Positions 1 through 11,000 of a DNA stretch of 64,000 bases are shown piece after piece. The number at the start of each line of letters is the position of its first letter. Position 1 is the first letter of the stretch. The notes under the pieces are model-generated. The model had not been told where the DNA came from. It saw nothing but the letters and a program-made list of their open reading frames with translations, and searched no databases. This DNA comes from Eledone cirrhosa (Eukaryota). The stretch spans positions 21,142,001-21,206,000 of the forward strand of contig OZ024763.1 of assembly GCA_964016885.1 (NCBI GenBank). The letters run 5' to 3'. Position numbers and translations under genes: made by a program.

Positions 1-329
1 TTCTTTCATCAATGTAATGACAAAAGTTGAGTTTATGTTCAAAGTAGCTATCTTATTTATTGATAGAATAATCAAATTGCCCAAATAGCAGCTATTTCTT
101 GGTTTATACAAAAGTGGAGGTGTGTGGCCTAGTGGTAGGTGTGTCTGACTTACGATTATAATATTTGGGTTGTGTGTTGTGTTCATGAGCTCAAGAACAC
201 AACACATATCCCAGTCCAGGAATTGAACCCACTAGGTCAAGCCCCTTCACTAAATATCTTTAGTAAGATATTAATTCAATGTATTTAAAGTATCTCTGGA
301 AGTAATTCTCAAATAAGTTCTAGAATGTA

Positions 330-715
330 TGTCTGGGCCCATAACTCCTGAGGGAGTCGTAGGGGTGCCATATATGCCATTTCTAAGGCATTTTTAACTT
401 ACAGTGTTTCTAGAGATTTTTAACATAGTGTTTTTAGGGCATTTTTAAGCCTGCCAGAGCCCATCTACTCTCCAAGTTTGAATACAGCAGATTTCTTCCA
501 GAGAAGGACAGAGAGTGAGAGAAAAGAAGTGATAAAGAGATATAGAGGAAGAATCGACTCCAGTACTAGACTGGTACTTTTTGTATCGACTTTAAATGGA
601 TGAAAGGTAAAGTTAACCTCAGTGGGATTTAAACTCAGAGAGTAGAGACTCAGAACAAATACTGCAAAGCATTCTCTCCGGCATTCTAACGACTGTTAAT
701 TTGCTGCTAAAATCT
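330..715 (-). mobile_element. Composite repeat: unclassified dispersed unit fused to an old SINE family B copy
   Basis: Unit ataactcctgagggagtcgtaggggtg...tttgaatacagcagatttcttcc recurs near 5400-5560, 16320-16440 and inverted at 51860-52330; it is followed here by the reverse complement of SINE B (ggatgaaaggtaaagttaacctc). Boundaries approximate. Confidence 0.55.
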
Positions 716-1630
716 AGAATAATTCTAGTCAAAGAAACATTTAGAAAAATAGACAGCAACAAAAAAAAAGAAAGAAAATTTTTTGGATAGTTAAAAAAAA
801 CAACAAAATTTATAATTAGTTTAAAAAAGACAATTTATAAGAAACTATTTTTAAATGACAGTCATTTAAATTCACATATATTAAGTTAAAGTTACTCTCT
901 GTTGATTTTTTCGTGAACTAATTTCTTTTATGTTATTGATATCCAATATTATTATTGAAGATAGAATTTAACAAAAAAAAAAAAAAAAATTCTTGAAATA
1001 AATTTTAAGTGGATTGGAAGAATCGTTAGAGCGTTGGTCAAATGTTCTGTGGTATTTGTTCTGGCTCTTTACAGCCTGAGTTCATAGAAAACAAAGACCA
1101 AAGATGACTTTTTTGTATATTGGATGTAAATGTGGATATTGGATGGACAGAGTATAAACGGGAGAGGGAAAGATAGATAGAGAGAGAGAAGGGCCTGGAG
1201 AGAAAGATAGGTAGAGAGAGAAGGGAAAGGGGAGATAGAGAGAGAAAGACAAGGAGAGAGAGGTGGAAGAGTAACAAAAATGTAAATGTCAAATACAGGC
1301 ACATACACACAGTCTTATCATCATCACCATAATCATCATTACCATCTTCATCATCACCACCATCACTTCCACCGTTTAATGTCTATTTTCAATGCTTGGT
1401 TGGGTTAGACGGATTGTCATATTATGAGGTTAGGCAGGTCAGGTGACCATGTCCTGCTCATATGTTCTGTATTATTTGGCTGGATGCCCTTAATATAGCA
1501 ACAGAAGTATGTTTAGAAAGCGGTGAGCGAAGTTTGAAATAGAAATATAAGGCTTTGCTGTAACATTTGACTAAATGATATAATCTAATGTTGGGGCATG
1601 TAAACCCACTGAATGGAAAAGAATGGGTAT

Positions 1631-2200
1631 CAGCGCACATGTGGGTTTAAATATATCTTTTCTCATTCTGCACACATGTGGGTGTATATACCTCTTTACC
1701 CGTTCAGCACACATGTGGGTTTAAATATCCCTTTTCCCATTCTGCACACATGTGGGTTTATATATTTCTTTTCCCGTTCAGCACACATGTAGGTTTATAT
1801 ACCTCTTTTCCCATTCTGCACACATGTGGGTTTATATACCTCTTTTCCCATTCTGCACACATGTGGGTTTATATACCTCTTTTCCCATTCAGCACACATG
1901 TGGGTTTATATATCTCTTTTCCCATTCAGCACACATGTGGGTTTATATACCTCTTTTCCCATTCAGCACACATGTGGGTTTATATATCTCTTTTCCTGTT
2001 GAGCACACATGTGGGTTTATATACCTCTTTTCCCGTTCAGCACACATCTGGGTTTATATACCTTTTTTCCCGTTCAGCACACATGTGGGTTTATATATAT
2101 CTTTTCCCGTTCAGCACACATCTGGGTTTATACACCTCCTTTTCTGTTGAGCAGACATGTGGGTTTAAATACCTCTTTTCCATTCAGCACACATGTGTGG
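1631..2200. repeat. 37-bp minisatellite, about 15 copies
   Basis: Unit cacacatgtgggtttatatacctcttttcccattcag at 1671, 1708, etc.; explains ORFs 1678-2313 and 1752-2150. Confidence 0.95.
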
Positions 2201-3599
2201 TTATGCGCCCCATTTTATTTAGTCAAATGTTACTGCGAAGCTTCTATTTCAGTTGCTATAGCAATATTTTCCAGCCAAATGACCACACTCTCCTGAATTT
2301 GATATTTCTTTAAATCTCTTTCTATCACCTACACTGTCTATCATATCCCTTAGCTCTCATACTAAACACTTTGCCAAGTACCACTAAAAAGAAAAAATAT
2401 TTCAAATACTTTGGCACATTACGATCTCTGTTTTATCCTTCCCTAATTTTTTTAATTTTTTAATACCAGTAAAATATGTGAAATTCAAAAGGCTGAAAAT
2501 TATAAAAGAAGGACAAAAAAAATATAGTTATTTCATTTCATTTGAACTAAGTTTGAGTTTGTAGTTGAATAATTGCAAGCAGTACAGACATAATTTAACA
2601 GAAACAAAAAAAATTTTTTTTTTAATAAATTTGCAGAACTATCCCTATCATTCTAACATGGATATAAAATTTTAAAATAAAAAAATAAATAGTAAAAATA
2701 AAAAAAAATAATAAATAATAATAATTTCAAGCTATGCTTCCAAAAGTCTGAATTTTTGTTCAGCAGGCTGAAAATTTAAAAATAGAAACATTTGATTTTA
2801 GGTTTGCTCTCTAAAAAAACTGAAAATCAAGAAAATTATTCTATTTTGGTTTTTTAGTTATTGTTTTTTTTTATTTTTGTTGATTTATTTTTATGTATTT
2901 ATTTATTTTTATTTATTTAAATTCTTCAATTGAAATGCTTTGATAAAACATGTTACTCTGACAATAATAATCCAGCCTTGAGTGTCTCTCCAAGATTTAA
3001 TGGTGTTAGACAGTTAGGCAAGGTTTGTGTGTTTAATGTTCACTTCAAATCAATGTAATAAAAAAAAGAGAAGAAATGAAAACAAGAAAGCTTGCTTGGT
3101 TATGAAGTGGCAGGGTCGGTGAGGTTGGTGAAGTGGGTGATGCAGGTTTTCTAGAAGTGTTGTACAGTTTTTTTTTTTACATTGTGTCTGTTATTAGTAT
3201 AGCAATAAGTACTTTAATAAGTACTTTTGTTATTGGTATTGCTTGGTTATGAAGTGGCAGGGTAGGTGAGGCTGGTGAGCTGGGTGATGGAGGTTTTCTA
3301 GCAGTTTTTTTAACATTACATTGTGTCCGTTATTAGTATGGCAATAAGTACTTTTGTTATTGATATTGTTGGATGTCAGTTCCTCAGCACCCTCCATGGA
3401 GGCTGCAGAGGAACTGGCAGGGGACTGCCAGGCCAGTGGTAGAGGACACTGGTTTGGATCTATGCATGATGATACCTCTGGGATCGCTGACCAAGGATGA
3501 CCCCAGTTCCCATTGAGCAAGAGCAAGAAGAAGACCAACACCCTTACCACTAATCCACCTGCCTCCACTATATATATATAAAGTCTATCAAGAGCCTGG

Positions 3600-3868
3600 A
3601 GGCTCATCAGGCTGGTGCTTATCCTGGTTTCTGTGGTGATAAGTGACTGAGAGTACAAGACTCTCATCCTGGACAGGACACCAGTCCATTGCTGGTTTAA
3701 CCTCCCCCCTCCCAGCTATTACTAGTACTTACTCTCAGCTGAGTATGCTGAAGCAACATGAAATAAAGTGTTTTGCTCAAGAATACAACACACAACCTAG
3801 TCCAGGAATCGAACCCATGATATTATGATCATAAATCCAACACCCTTACAACTAGGTCACACACCTCA
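3600..3868 (-). mobile_element. tRNA-headed SINE with Meta-like domain (family C), decayed
   Basis: Reverse complement of the 28768-29005 copy: tRNA-like head, ttgtattcttgagcaaaacacttt, aaccagcaatggactggtgtcctgtccagga. Confidence 0.55.
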
Positions 3869-4304
3869 ACAACAAGGCTAGTTTTATAAAAATAAAAAAA
3901 AGACTTTCATTATGAGTAAATTGAAAAAGAAAAGAATATCACTTTCTTTAAAAATTCATGCCTCCATTTCGAATTAGCATACTGTTGAGCCCTTGCCAAC
4001 ATTGAAAGACAGATGGAATTTATTCAACTTTGGAAGTTGCTTGTATAAGAATGTTTTAATTATTCATTATTTTTGCTGTCGATGGTTAAGTTTTGTTTTT
4101 AAGTAAAGAAAACGTTTTTATCTACTCATTAATTCATTCGTTATTTATGCTTGTTCTTGCATGCTGGCCTAGGTTTGATAGTTCTGTAAATTCAAACATT
4201 TGCATGAATTATTAGTTTGATATGTCATCACTGAGTTTCTGCAATTGGGCAACCAGTCATTGGCAGGGGCTGGGTCATGCTAGATGTCACAGTCACTACT
4301 GATC

Positions 4305-4438
4305 TCTAGACCCTAGAAAGGGTCATGGTGTTGTGACCTGTCTCGTATTTTATCTCAATGTTGTCGGATTAGGATTTCGGTATTTCTTTTGTCTGCTTCT
4401 TCTCTGCCTTCCTTCAGCTGCGCCCTGAATGATGGCTT

Positions 4439-4491
<53 letters not shown>

Positions 4492-5010
4492 ATGGTAGGG
4501 ATATTTGACTATACTAGAAAAGCTTTCATCTTTTTTATGATTGAAAAGAACGGTTCCTCTCTGCCAGCATATCTGTTGACAATACCAGATAAACTTCCAT
4601 CTTTTTAGCATTGCAAAGAATGGTTACTCTCTCCTACAATATTTGTTGATCATACCAGGCAAACTTCCATCTTTTCACCATCTGCAAGGAATGGTTCCTC
4701 TCTTTCAGCATATCTGTTCACCATTACAGGCAAGCCTCTGTCTTTATATGATTACAAAGAATGGTTCCTCTCTCCTAGCATATTTGTTGAACATTATAGG
4801 CAAGCTTCCATCCTTTCACCATCCACAAGGATGCCAGCATATTTATTGAGTTTCTGCCTGACAAAGCTGTTTGTTTTGTGCTCTGTATATGAAATGCATA
4901 GCAGCCTCCTGAAGCACTTGTGCACAAATGCCTACATTCTTCATTCATGTAAGAGTCCAGCTTTCACACCCATACAGAAGGATTGTAGACACTGGGGACT
5001 TGTATAATTT
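4305..5010 (-). mobile_element. Decayed RTE-clade LINE 3' fragment with internal tandem duplications and a (GA)n insertion
   Basis: Minus strand reads ILLYGCESWTL...HKCFRRLLCISYTEHKTN and later TIIQGAAEGRQRRSRQKK, typical of RTE ORF C-termini; interrupted by stops and a segment repeated at 4520-4850. Confidence 0.7.
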
Positions 5011-6584
5011 GACAACATCTCAAGTTTTAATTAGTTTATAGGTTAACGGGTCATCTAAGCCTATACTTTTCAGAATTAAGCAATAGTTTTCCAGTGATCT
5101 TTCATTCAGTCACCACCACCATCAACATTTTTATGTACTTATAATTCTGCATCTCTTTGTGCAATACATGTGTATAAACTTTGTGTGTGTGCAGTCGTGC
5201 ATTTTGAGGCCTAAGAATCCATATATATATATATCTTTTCCTGACTACATCATCCTTTTCATCATTTTTTAAAACCATCTCCTCTCCGTGTTTGAATACA
5301 GCAGGTTTCTTCCAGTGAAGGATATAGAGAGTGAGAGAGAGATTTAAAGGAAGAATCTACCCCAATACTGGACTGGCATTACATTTATATGTATGTATTG
5401 GTCCCTTAACTCCTGAGGGAGTCATAGGGGTGCAGCATTGATATAAGGCATTTCTAGGGCAATGTTTAAAACCTGGCAAAGCTCATCTCCTCTCCAGGTC
5501 TGAATACAGCAGATTTTATTCCAAAGAAGAATGAAGAGAGAGTGATAGAATGTAAGTGAGAAAGAGATATAGAGGAAGAATCGATCCCAGTACTAGACTG
5601 GTACTTTTTTATCAACCTTGAATGGATAAAAAGAGAGAGGAAGGGAGAAATAGATATAGAGGAAGAATCGACCTCAGTACTTGACTAGTATTTTTTTTTT
5701 ATCGACCTTGAATAGATAAAAAGAGAGAGGAAGTGAGGAAGGGATATAGAAGAAGAATCAACCCCAGTACTAGACTGGTACTTTATTTTATCGGCCTTGC
5801 ATGGATGTAATGCAAAGTTGGCCTCAGCAGGATTTGAATGCAGAGAGCTGAGAGCTGAAATAAATACCACAAAGCATTCTATCCAACGTTCTACCAATTC
5901 ACAGCCTATGCTTTTGATTAGAATTATGTTCATAGAAGAGTTAAGAAATATTTTTCATTCAAAGAATAAGCAAACACTTTTTTTACTTTGATCATTGTAG
6001 CAGACTAACGCTTAGTATTATAATAATAAAAAAAAACCTCCCCGACTGGTTTGAAAATTGTAGTTATTAGTTAGTACTTGTAAATCTTAATTATTTCTCG
6101 TTAATATACTTTTCATTAGAGTAATATACTTTTCTTTAGAGTAGTGGAAATTACCAAACAAATCATTGTCACTTTATGAAACTGGTCATTTCTGACAACT
6201 GTCCATCTATCTGTCTGAAAAGACTAATGTCCACCAATTATTCTATGTCAGTTTGTGTCTGTCTGTCTGATTGATCATCAAAGCTATATCATTCTTTGTT
6301 AGGTTTGATGTTGTTTCTTGATGACACTTTCTACCATTTCATGTCATGCAACTAATGATGATGTGATGATGTGTTGTAATATATACAGACTAAAAGCCTA
6401 AAACTGGCTTATAATTTTGAGGTGGTCGTGGTAGAGGTGGTGAGGGTGGTTGTGGTGATGGTGTGGAGAAAGAGGGATCTACTGCCTTGAAGTTCTAGTT
6501 CTTTTATTCTGTTTTGTTACAAGTTTTCTCTAGCTGGATGTCTTTCCTATCACCAACCCCTTTACAAATTGTACTGGGTGCATT

Positions 6585-6635
<51 letters not shown>

Positions 6636-6806
6636 GGAGGTGAGTTTTATTGTAGTATAATAAAGCAATGCAGATATCGGTTAAGAAGCACTCTACAGTT
6701 TGTAGGACTGGAGTATACATAATATATAAGATCAAAAGATGGTTGATTTAAAACTGCACTATTCACAAGTGTTTTTTAACCTTCATATCATGTCTTCCTA
6801 TTTTAT

Positions 6807-6861
6807 CTGATGAAAACACAAATATTATTGCATGATGATATTTGTTTTTGAAATGCGCATG
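6807..6861 (+). ncRNA. Hammerhead ribozyme motif, type I, decayed
   Basis: CTGATGA, 16-position helix II (15 paired incl. G-U), GAAA-T-GCGC-A-T; position 17 is G and helix I has no partner. Confidence 0.6.
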
Positions 6862-6915
6862 GAACTCTTTTAACCATCTTTTGATCTTATATATTATATA
6901 TATATATATATATAT

Positions 6916-7236
6916 GGAGGCACATGACTTAGTGGTTAGAGCATTCAATTCTCAGACCGGGTGATGTGTTGTTTCCTTGAGCAAGACACTTTATTTCACA
7001 TTGCTCCAGTTTACTCAGCTGTAGAAATGAGATGATAGGGACTGGGGTTCCTATCATTCCACTGCAAAGTGGTCGTGGAGGTGCCACGGCAAAAAAGCAC
7101 CCAGCACTCACTGTAAATGAGGTTGGTGTTAGGAAGGGCATCCGGCTGTAGAAATCAAGCCAGAATCAGTTCCCGTCCTACCCTTGCAAGCAGGGAAAAA
7201 GCGGACGTAAAATGAAATGAATGATGAAATGAATGA
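6916..7236 (+). mobile_element. Young tRNA-derived CORE-like SINE with RTE-type 3' tail (family A)
   Basis: A-box-like tgacttagtgg, CORE-like ccttgagcaagacacttt, tail acccttgcaagcagggaaaaagcggacgtaaaatga followed by TGA-rich repeats; short deletion in the head relative to other copies. Confidence 0.85.
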
Positions 7237-7304
7237 TATATATAAAGTAATAATATATATATATATAGGTATATTTCAAAAGATCTCATATAGGGTGAAA
7301 GCAG

Positions 7305-7337
<33 letters not shown>

Positions 7338-7339
<2 letters not shown>

Positions 7340-7475
7340 GGAGGAGTTGTGGTAAGGAACCAGATGGACCATAATGCACCAGAGTACTCAATACTTAGGG
7401 TAGTAGAGTGGGTAATAGGAGAAAGTATGACCCCGATGGCAGAGCTCAAGCTGTTTCGACGGCTATTTCTGGACT
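7338..7475 (+). mobile_element. (TA)n-embedded dispersed repeat (hairpin-ended family)
   Basis: Homologous in reverse orientation to 23836-24010 and 40010-40200; flanked by TA repeats. Confidence 0.7.
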
Positions 7476-7483
7476 ATATATAG

Positions 7484-7607
7484 AGAAGTAGTTCCACAAC
7501 AGTTAGTTCACCATTTCCGAGAACAATTGTTTCACCTTATTCAGATCCGAATAAGGTGAAAGAATTGTTCTCGGTAATGGTGAACTAACTGTTGTGGAAC
7601 TACTTCT
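7484..7607. repeat. Fold-back inverted repeat with 59-bp arms
   Basis: 7484-7542 is the reverse complement of 7549-7607 with two mismatches. Confidence 0.9.
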
Positions 7608-7672
7608 ACCAAACTCATCCCATGGACTGAGTGCTCTACAACTACGGATATAACCCACCTCTGTTCTACTAT

Positions 7673-7716
<44 letters not shown>

Positions 7717-7724
7717 ATAAATCC

Positions 7725-7824
7725 CACTAGAAGGAAGACACAATAGAGGAAGACCACGACAAACATGGGCGGAGGTGGTGAGAGCAGACCTCAGATGGCT
7801 GAAACTCATGGAGGAGAGATTATG

Positions 7825-7825
<1 letters not shown>
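7725..7825 (+). mobile_element. RTE LINE 3' ORF fragment
   Basis: Reads [31 protein letters not shown]; same family as 31885-32225. Confidence 0.75.
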
Positions 7826-7921
<96 letters not shown>

Positions 7922-7924
7922 TAA

Positions 7925-8232
7925 TCTGGGTTCAATTCCTGAAATGGGTCGAGTTTTTAAGCAAAACACTTAGCTGAAAATGAGTACTAGCAATAGCTGG
8001 AGATTCAAACCTGCGATGGACTGGCATCTTGTTCAGGGGGAAGTCTTGTGTTCTCAGTCACTTCATGCCCCAGAAATTGGGGTAAGCATCAGCCGGATGA
8101 CAGACCTTAACCCTGCAATAGACTGTTGTCCTTTCCAGGGTGGAGTCTTGTACTCTGTCACTTCTTGCTATGGAAACCCCTGGATAAGCACCGGCCTGAT
8201 GAACCTCACGGGGCCGAGACAGACTTTAGACT
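7925..8232 (+). mobile_element. SINE family C with tandemly duplicated Meta-like domain
   Basis: aacctgcgatggactggcatc...tcacttcatgc...gaaattggggtaagc...gatga occurs twice; resembles the recalled MetaSINE central domain. Confidence 0.6.
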
Positions 8233-9019
8233 TTTTTTTAGTCTCATTATTCCAGCTTCTTAACTTTATTGCTGCTCCACCCCTCCCACCAATAAATCCA
8301 AGTGTAAATAGATCATAATTAATAAGTAAATAGATCATAATTAATTGTTGGGATGATATTTACTGAATCATACATTAAAAGTTTGCCAGGCTTGGTAATT
8401 AATATATTGCTAATTAGCAAAATCCCAAGGATTCAAACTTTAAAATGTATCCAAAGAGTAACACAAGTTTTAAGCAGTGACATTACTTAAACTAGCATTG
8501 AACTTAATCATTCTATACAAAAATGAAATTGTCTGACATGAAGTCTGTTATATAACACACAATTCAATTAAGAATGTATTGCCGAGAATTGAAATGGTTA
8601 TAGATTCTAGTATTGATTGGATTATAAGAAAATAGTTATGAAAATTTCCATTTCTAATTACACCATCTACTTTAAATCTCCCTCGACAACAGATGACTGT
8701 AAGCAGACAAATGTAAGTTGTATTAGTCAGAGTAGTTAGTGATTTTAATGGAGTTACATTCTGCTCTTTCAATAGCTTACTAACTCTCTTAAAACATTTT
8801 ATATCAAATTTTGTGTAAAGGCATCACTGTAGAATTAGTAGTTGCCTCTGTGAATGGTAACTCTAGCTTAGCTATGATTTCTTCAAATTTGTAAATTAAA
8901 GGCATTTTCTTTTATACGGCAATAATGTTAGTGTCAGGTAATATTTGAGAAAAGGTGTCTGTTTCTGCTTGTAAAGAAAGAAATGTTTTAATCTGTCTTT
9001 TAGTCAAGATTCATTATTT

Positions 9020-9445
9020 GTTTTCTCTCCCCTTGTAAAACATATTGTTGTTATGTATCAGTAAGATTCTCTGAATATCTCATATGCATTCTTCAATTCA
9101 GCATCTTAATTTCCCACTAAATATTCCATTTACAAGCATGAATACTTCAAATCATTGATCCCTCCCATCCTATATATACCTTACTTATTTCTCTCCCCTT
9201 GTGGAACAGATCGTTATATACCAGTAAGATTCTCTGAATATCTCATATTCATTCTTCAATTCAGCATCTTAATTCCTCACTAAATGTTTGTTTTACAGGC
9301 AGGAACACTTCAAATCTTTGATCCCGCCCCATCCCATCCAATACATACCTTACTTATTTCTCTCCTCTTGCGGAACAGATCGTTATGTACCAGTGTGATT
9401 CTCTGTGTATCTCGTATGCATTCCGCAATTCAACATCTTAATTTA
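9020..9445. repeat. About 170-bp tandem repeat, ~2.5 copies
   Basis: ttctctccccttgt...cagtaagattctctgaatatctcat...ttcagcatcttaattt at ~9020, ~9190, ~9357. Confidence 0.85.
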
Positions 9446-9712
9446 GCATGCAGTGGCACTTTCTCCAGCGGCAACCTGGTGCAGTCTGTGATTAATCCAG
9501 GCTCAGCTGCACTTCGAGCTGACAAGGGCAAACTTTCCAAATATCGATCACTCTCTGACAGGTTTGCAGTTGAGCCTGTTGCAGTGGAGACTTCTGGAGT
9601 TCTTGGCTCTAGGACCACCTCCCTACTCACCACCATCAGCATGGAGTTGGCTACCCACAGGTGTGACCCTCGCGAACTGGAATGGCTCTTCCAATGTATC
9701 TCCCTCACCATT
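9445..9712 (+). mobile_element. CRE-like non-LTR retrotransposon, restriction-like endonuclease C-terminal fragment
   Basis: ORF 9284-9757 contains GSAALRADKGKLSKYRSLSDRFAVEPVAVETSGVLG...DPRELEWLFQCISLTI, matching the K..KY...PVAVET.G..G...DPRE...LFQR.S pattern of CRE-type elements. Confidence 0.75.
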
Positions 9713-9719
9713 TATCACT

Positions 9720-9995
9720 ATATATATATATCTGGTGATATTACTAATATTAATTAGTAAAGACAGCATATATATTATATATATTTGGTGATATTACTAA
9801 CATTAACTAGTAAAGACAGCTTAGACATATATCTGGTGGTATTACTGACATTAACTAGTAAAGACAACATATATATATATATATATATGATGGTATCATT
9901 AACATTAACCAGTAAAGACAGCATATATATATATCTGGGAGTGCTACTAATATTAACTAGTAAAGACAACGTAAATATATATATATGGTGGTATA
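9720..9995. repeat. Minisatellite of ~50-60 bp, ~5 copies
   Basis: Unit (ta)nctggtgatattactaatattaactagtaaagacagc. Confidence 0.9.
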
Positions 9996-10005
9996 CTATT
10001 TCTAG

Positions 10006-10118
10006 AAGATCCTATGGAAAGTTTAATTTTATCGCTGATAGTTATCATGAAATTGCTGATATAGATATGTGCACAGGTGGAAATTTTATTTCTAATAAAC
10101 ATGCTATCGTGGCTGGAG
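10006..10118 (+). CDS. Possible internal coding exon, unknown protein
   Basis: Non-repetitive open frame RSYGKFNFIADSYHEIADIDMCTGGNFISNKHAIVAG bounded by tttctag and GAG|gtaaat; acceptor is weak and no partner exon is confirmed. Confidence 0.25.
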
Positions 10119-10539
10119 GTAAATTGAAATGTCATGTGTTGTATTGCTAGACCAGCAACAACAACAACACTTTCATCAGCATCAGCAACAGCTGCAGTTG
10201 TACAAATATATTGCAGAAACAGAAACAAATCTTTAATTACTTTGTCTCTGTCTTAACACATTTCATAGCTATTTCAGAGCCTTTGAGATTAGTTTGATAA
10301 TGGAAGTCTAATCTTGGTTAACTATTAGCTGTCTCATCTCAGGTCATCTAACTTAATACTTAATTTAAAATGGAGTTTAACAAGATCCCTTTGGATTTTC
10401 ATAGGAGTGTCCTTTGGTTGAAGCTGTTTGTCCATATAACCATATTCCACACTATACTACATACATTACATGCTGTATCACACTATGCTACACATATTCC
10501 ACATTATTCCACTCTATACCACACTATACTACACTACAT

Positions 10540-11000
10540 ATCTCTCAAATCTATCCAGCAATTCTTTCCTGAGACATCCTAACTACATGTCTGTAATATC
10601 AGAGCTGTGATCTCTCAAATCTGTACAGTGACACTTTCCTAAGACATTCTAACCAAATCTCTGTAATATCGGAACTGTGATCTCTCAAATCTGTCCAGTG
10701 ATGCTTTCCTAAGAATTCTTACATGTCTGTAATATCAGAGCTGTGATCTCTCAAATCTGTCCAGTGATTCTTTCTTGAGATATTCTTACAACATGTCTGT
10801 AATATCAGAGCTGTGATCTCTCAAATCTGTACAGTGACACTTTCCTAAGACATTCTAACCAAATGTCTGTAATATCGGAACTGTGATCTCTCAAATCTGT
10901 CCAGTGATGCTTTCCTAAGAATTCTTACATATCTGTAATATCAGAGCTGTGATCTCTCAAATCTGTCCAGTGATTCTTTCTTGAGACATTCTAACCACTC
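10540..11000. repeat. 66-70-bp minisatellite with trimeric (206-bp) higher-order structure
   Basis: ctgtaatatc unit starts at 10591, 10661, 10727, 10797, 10867, 10933; variants run A-B-C-A-B-C. Confidence 0.9.

Noticed and set aside
3230-3667. 145-aa minus-strand ORF
   Set aside because: Crosses a SINE boundary, a TA tract and a local duplication; no coherent domain.
8170-8215. GAAAC...CTGATGA as a type-II hammerhead (also near 16553-16585)
   Set aside because: Part of the Meta-like SINE domain; helix III/UH and helix II pairing could not be built.
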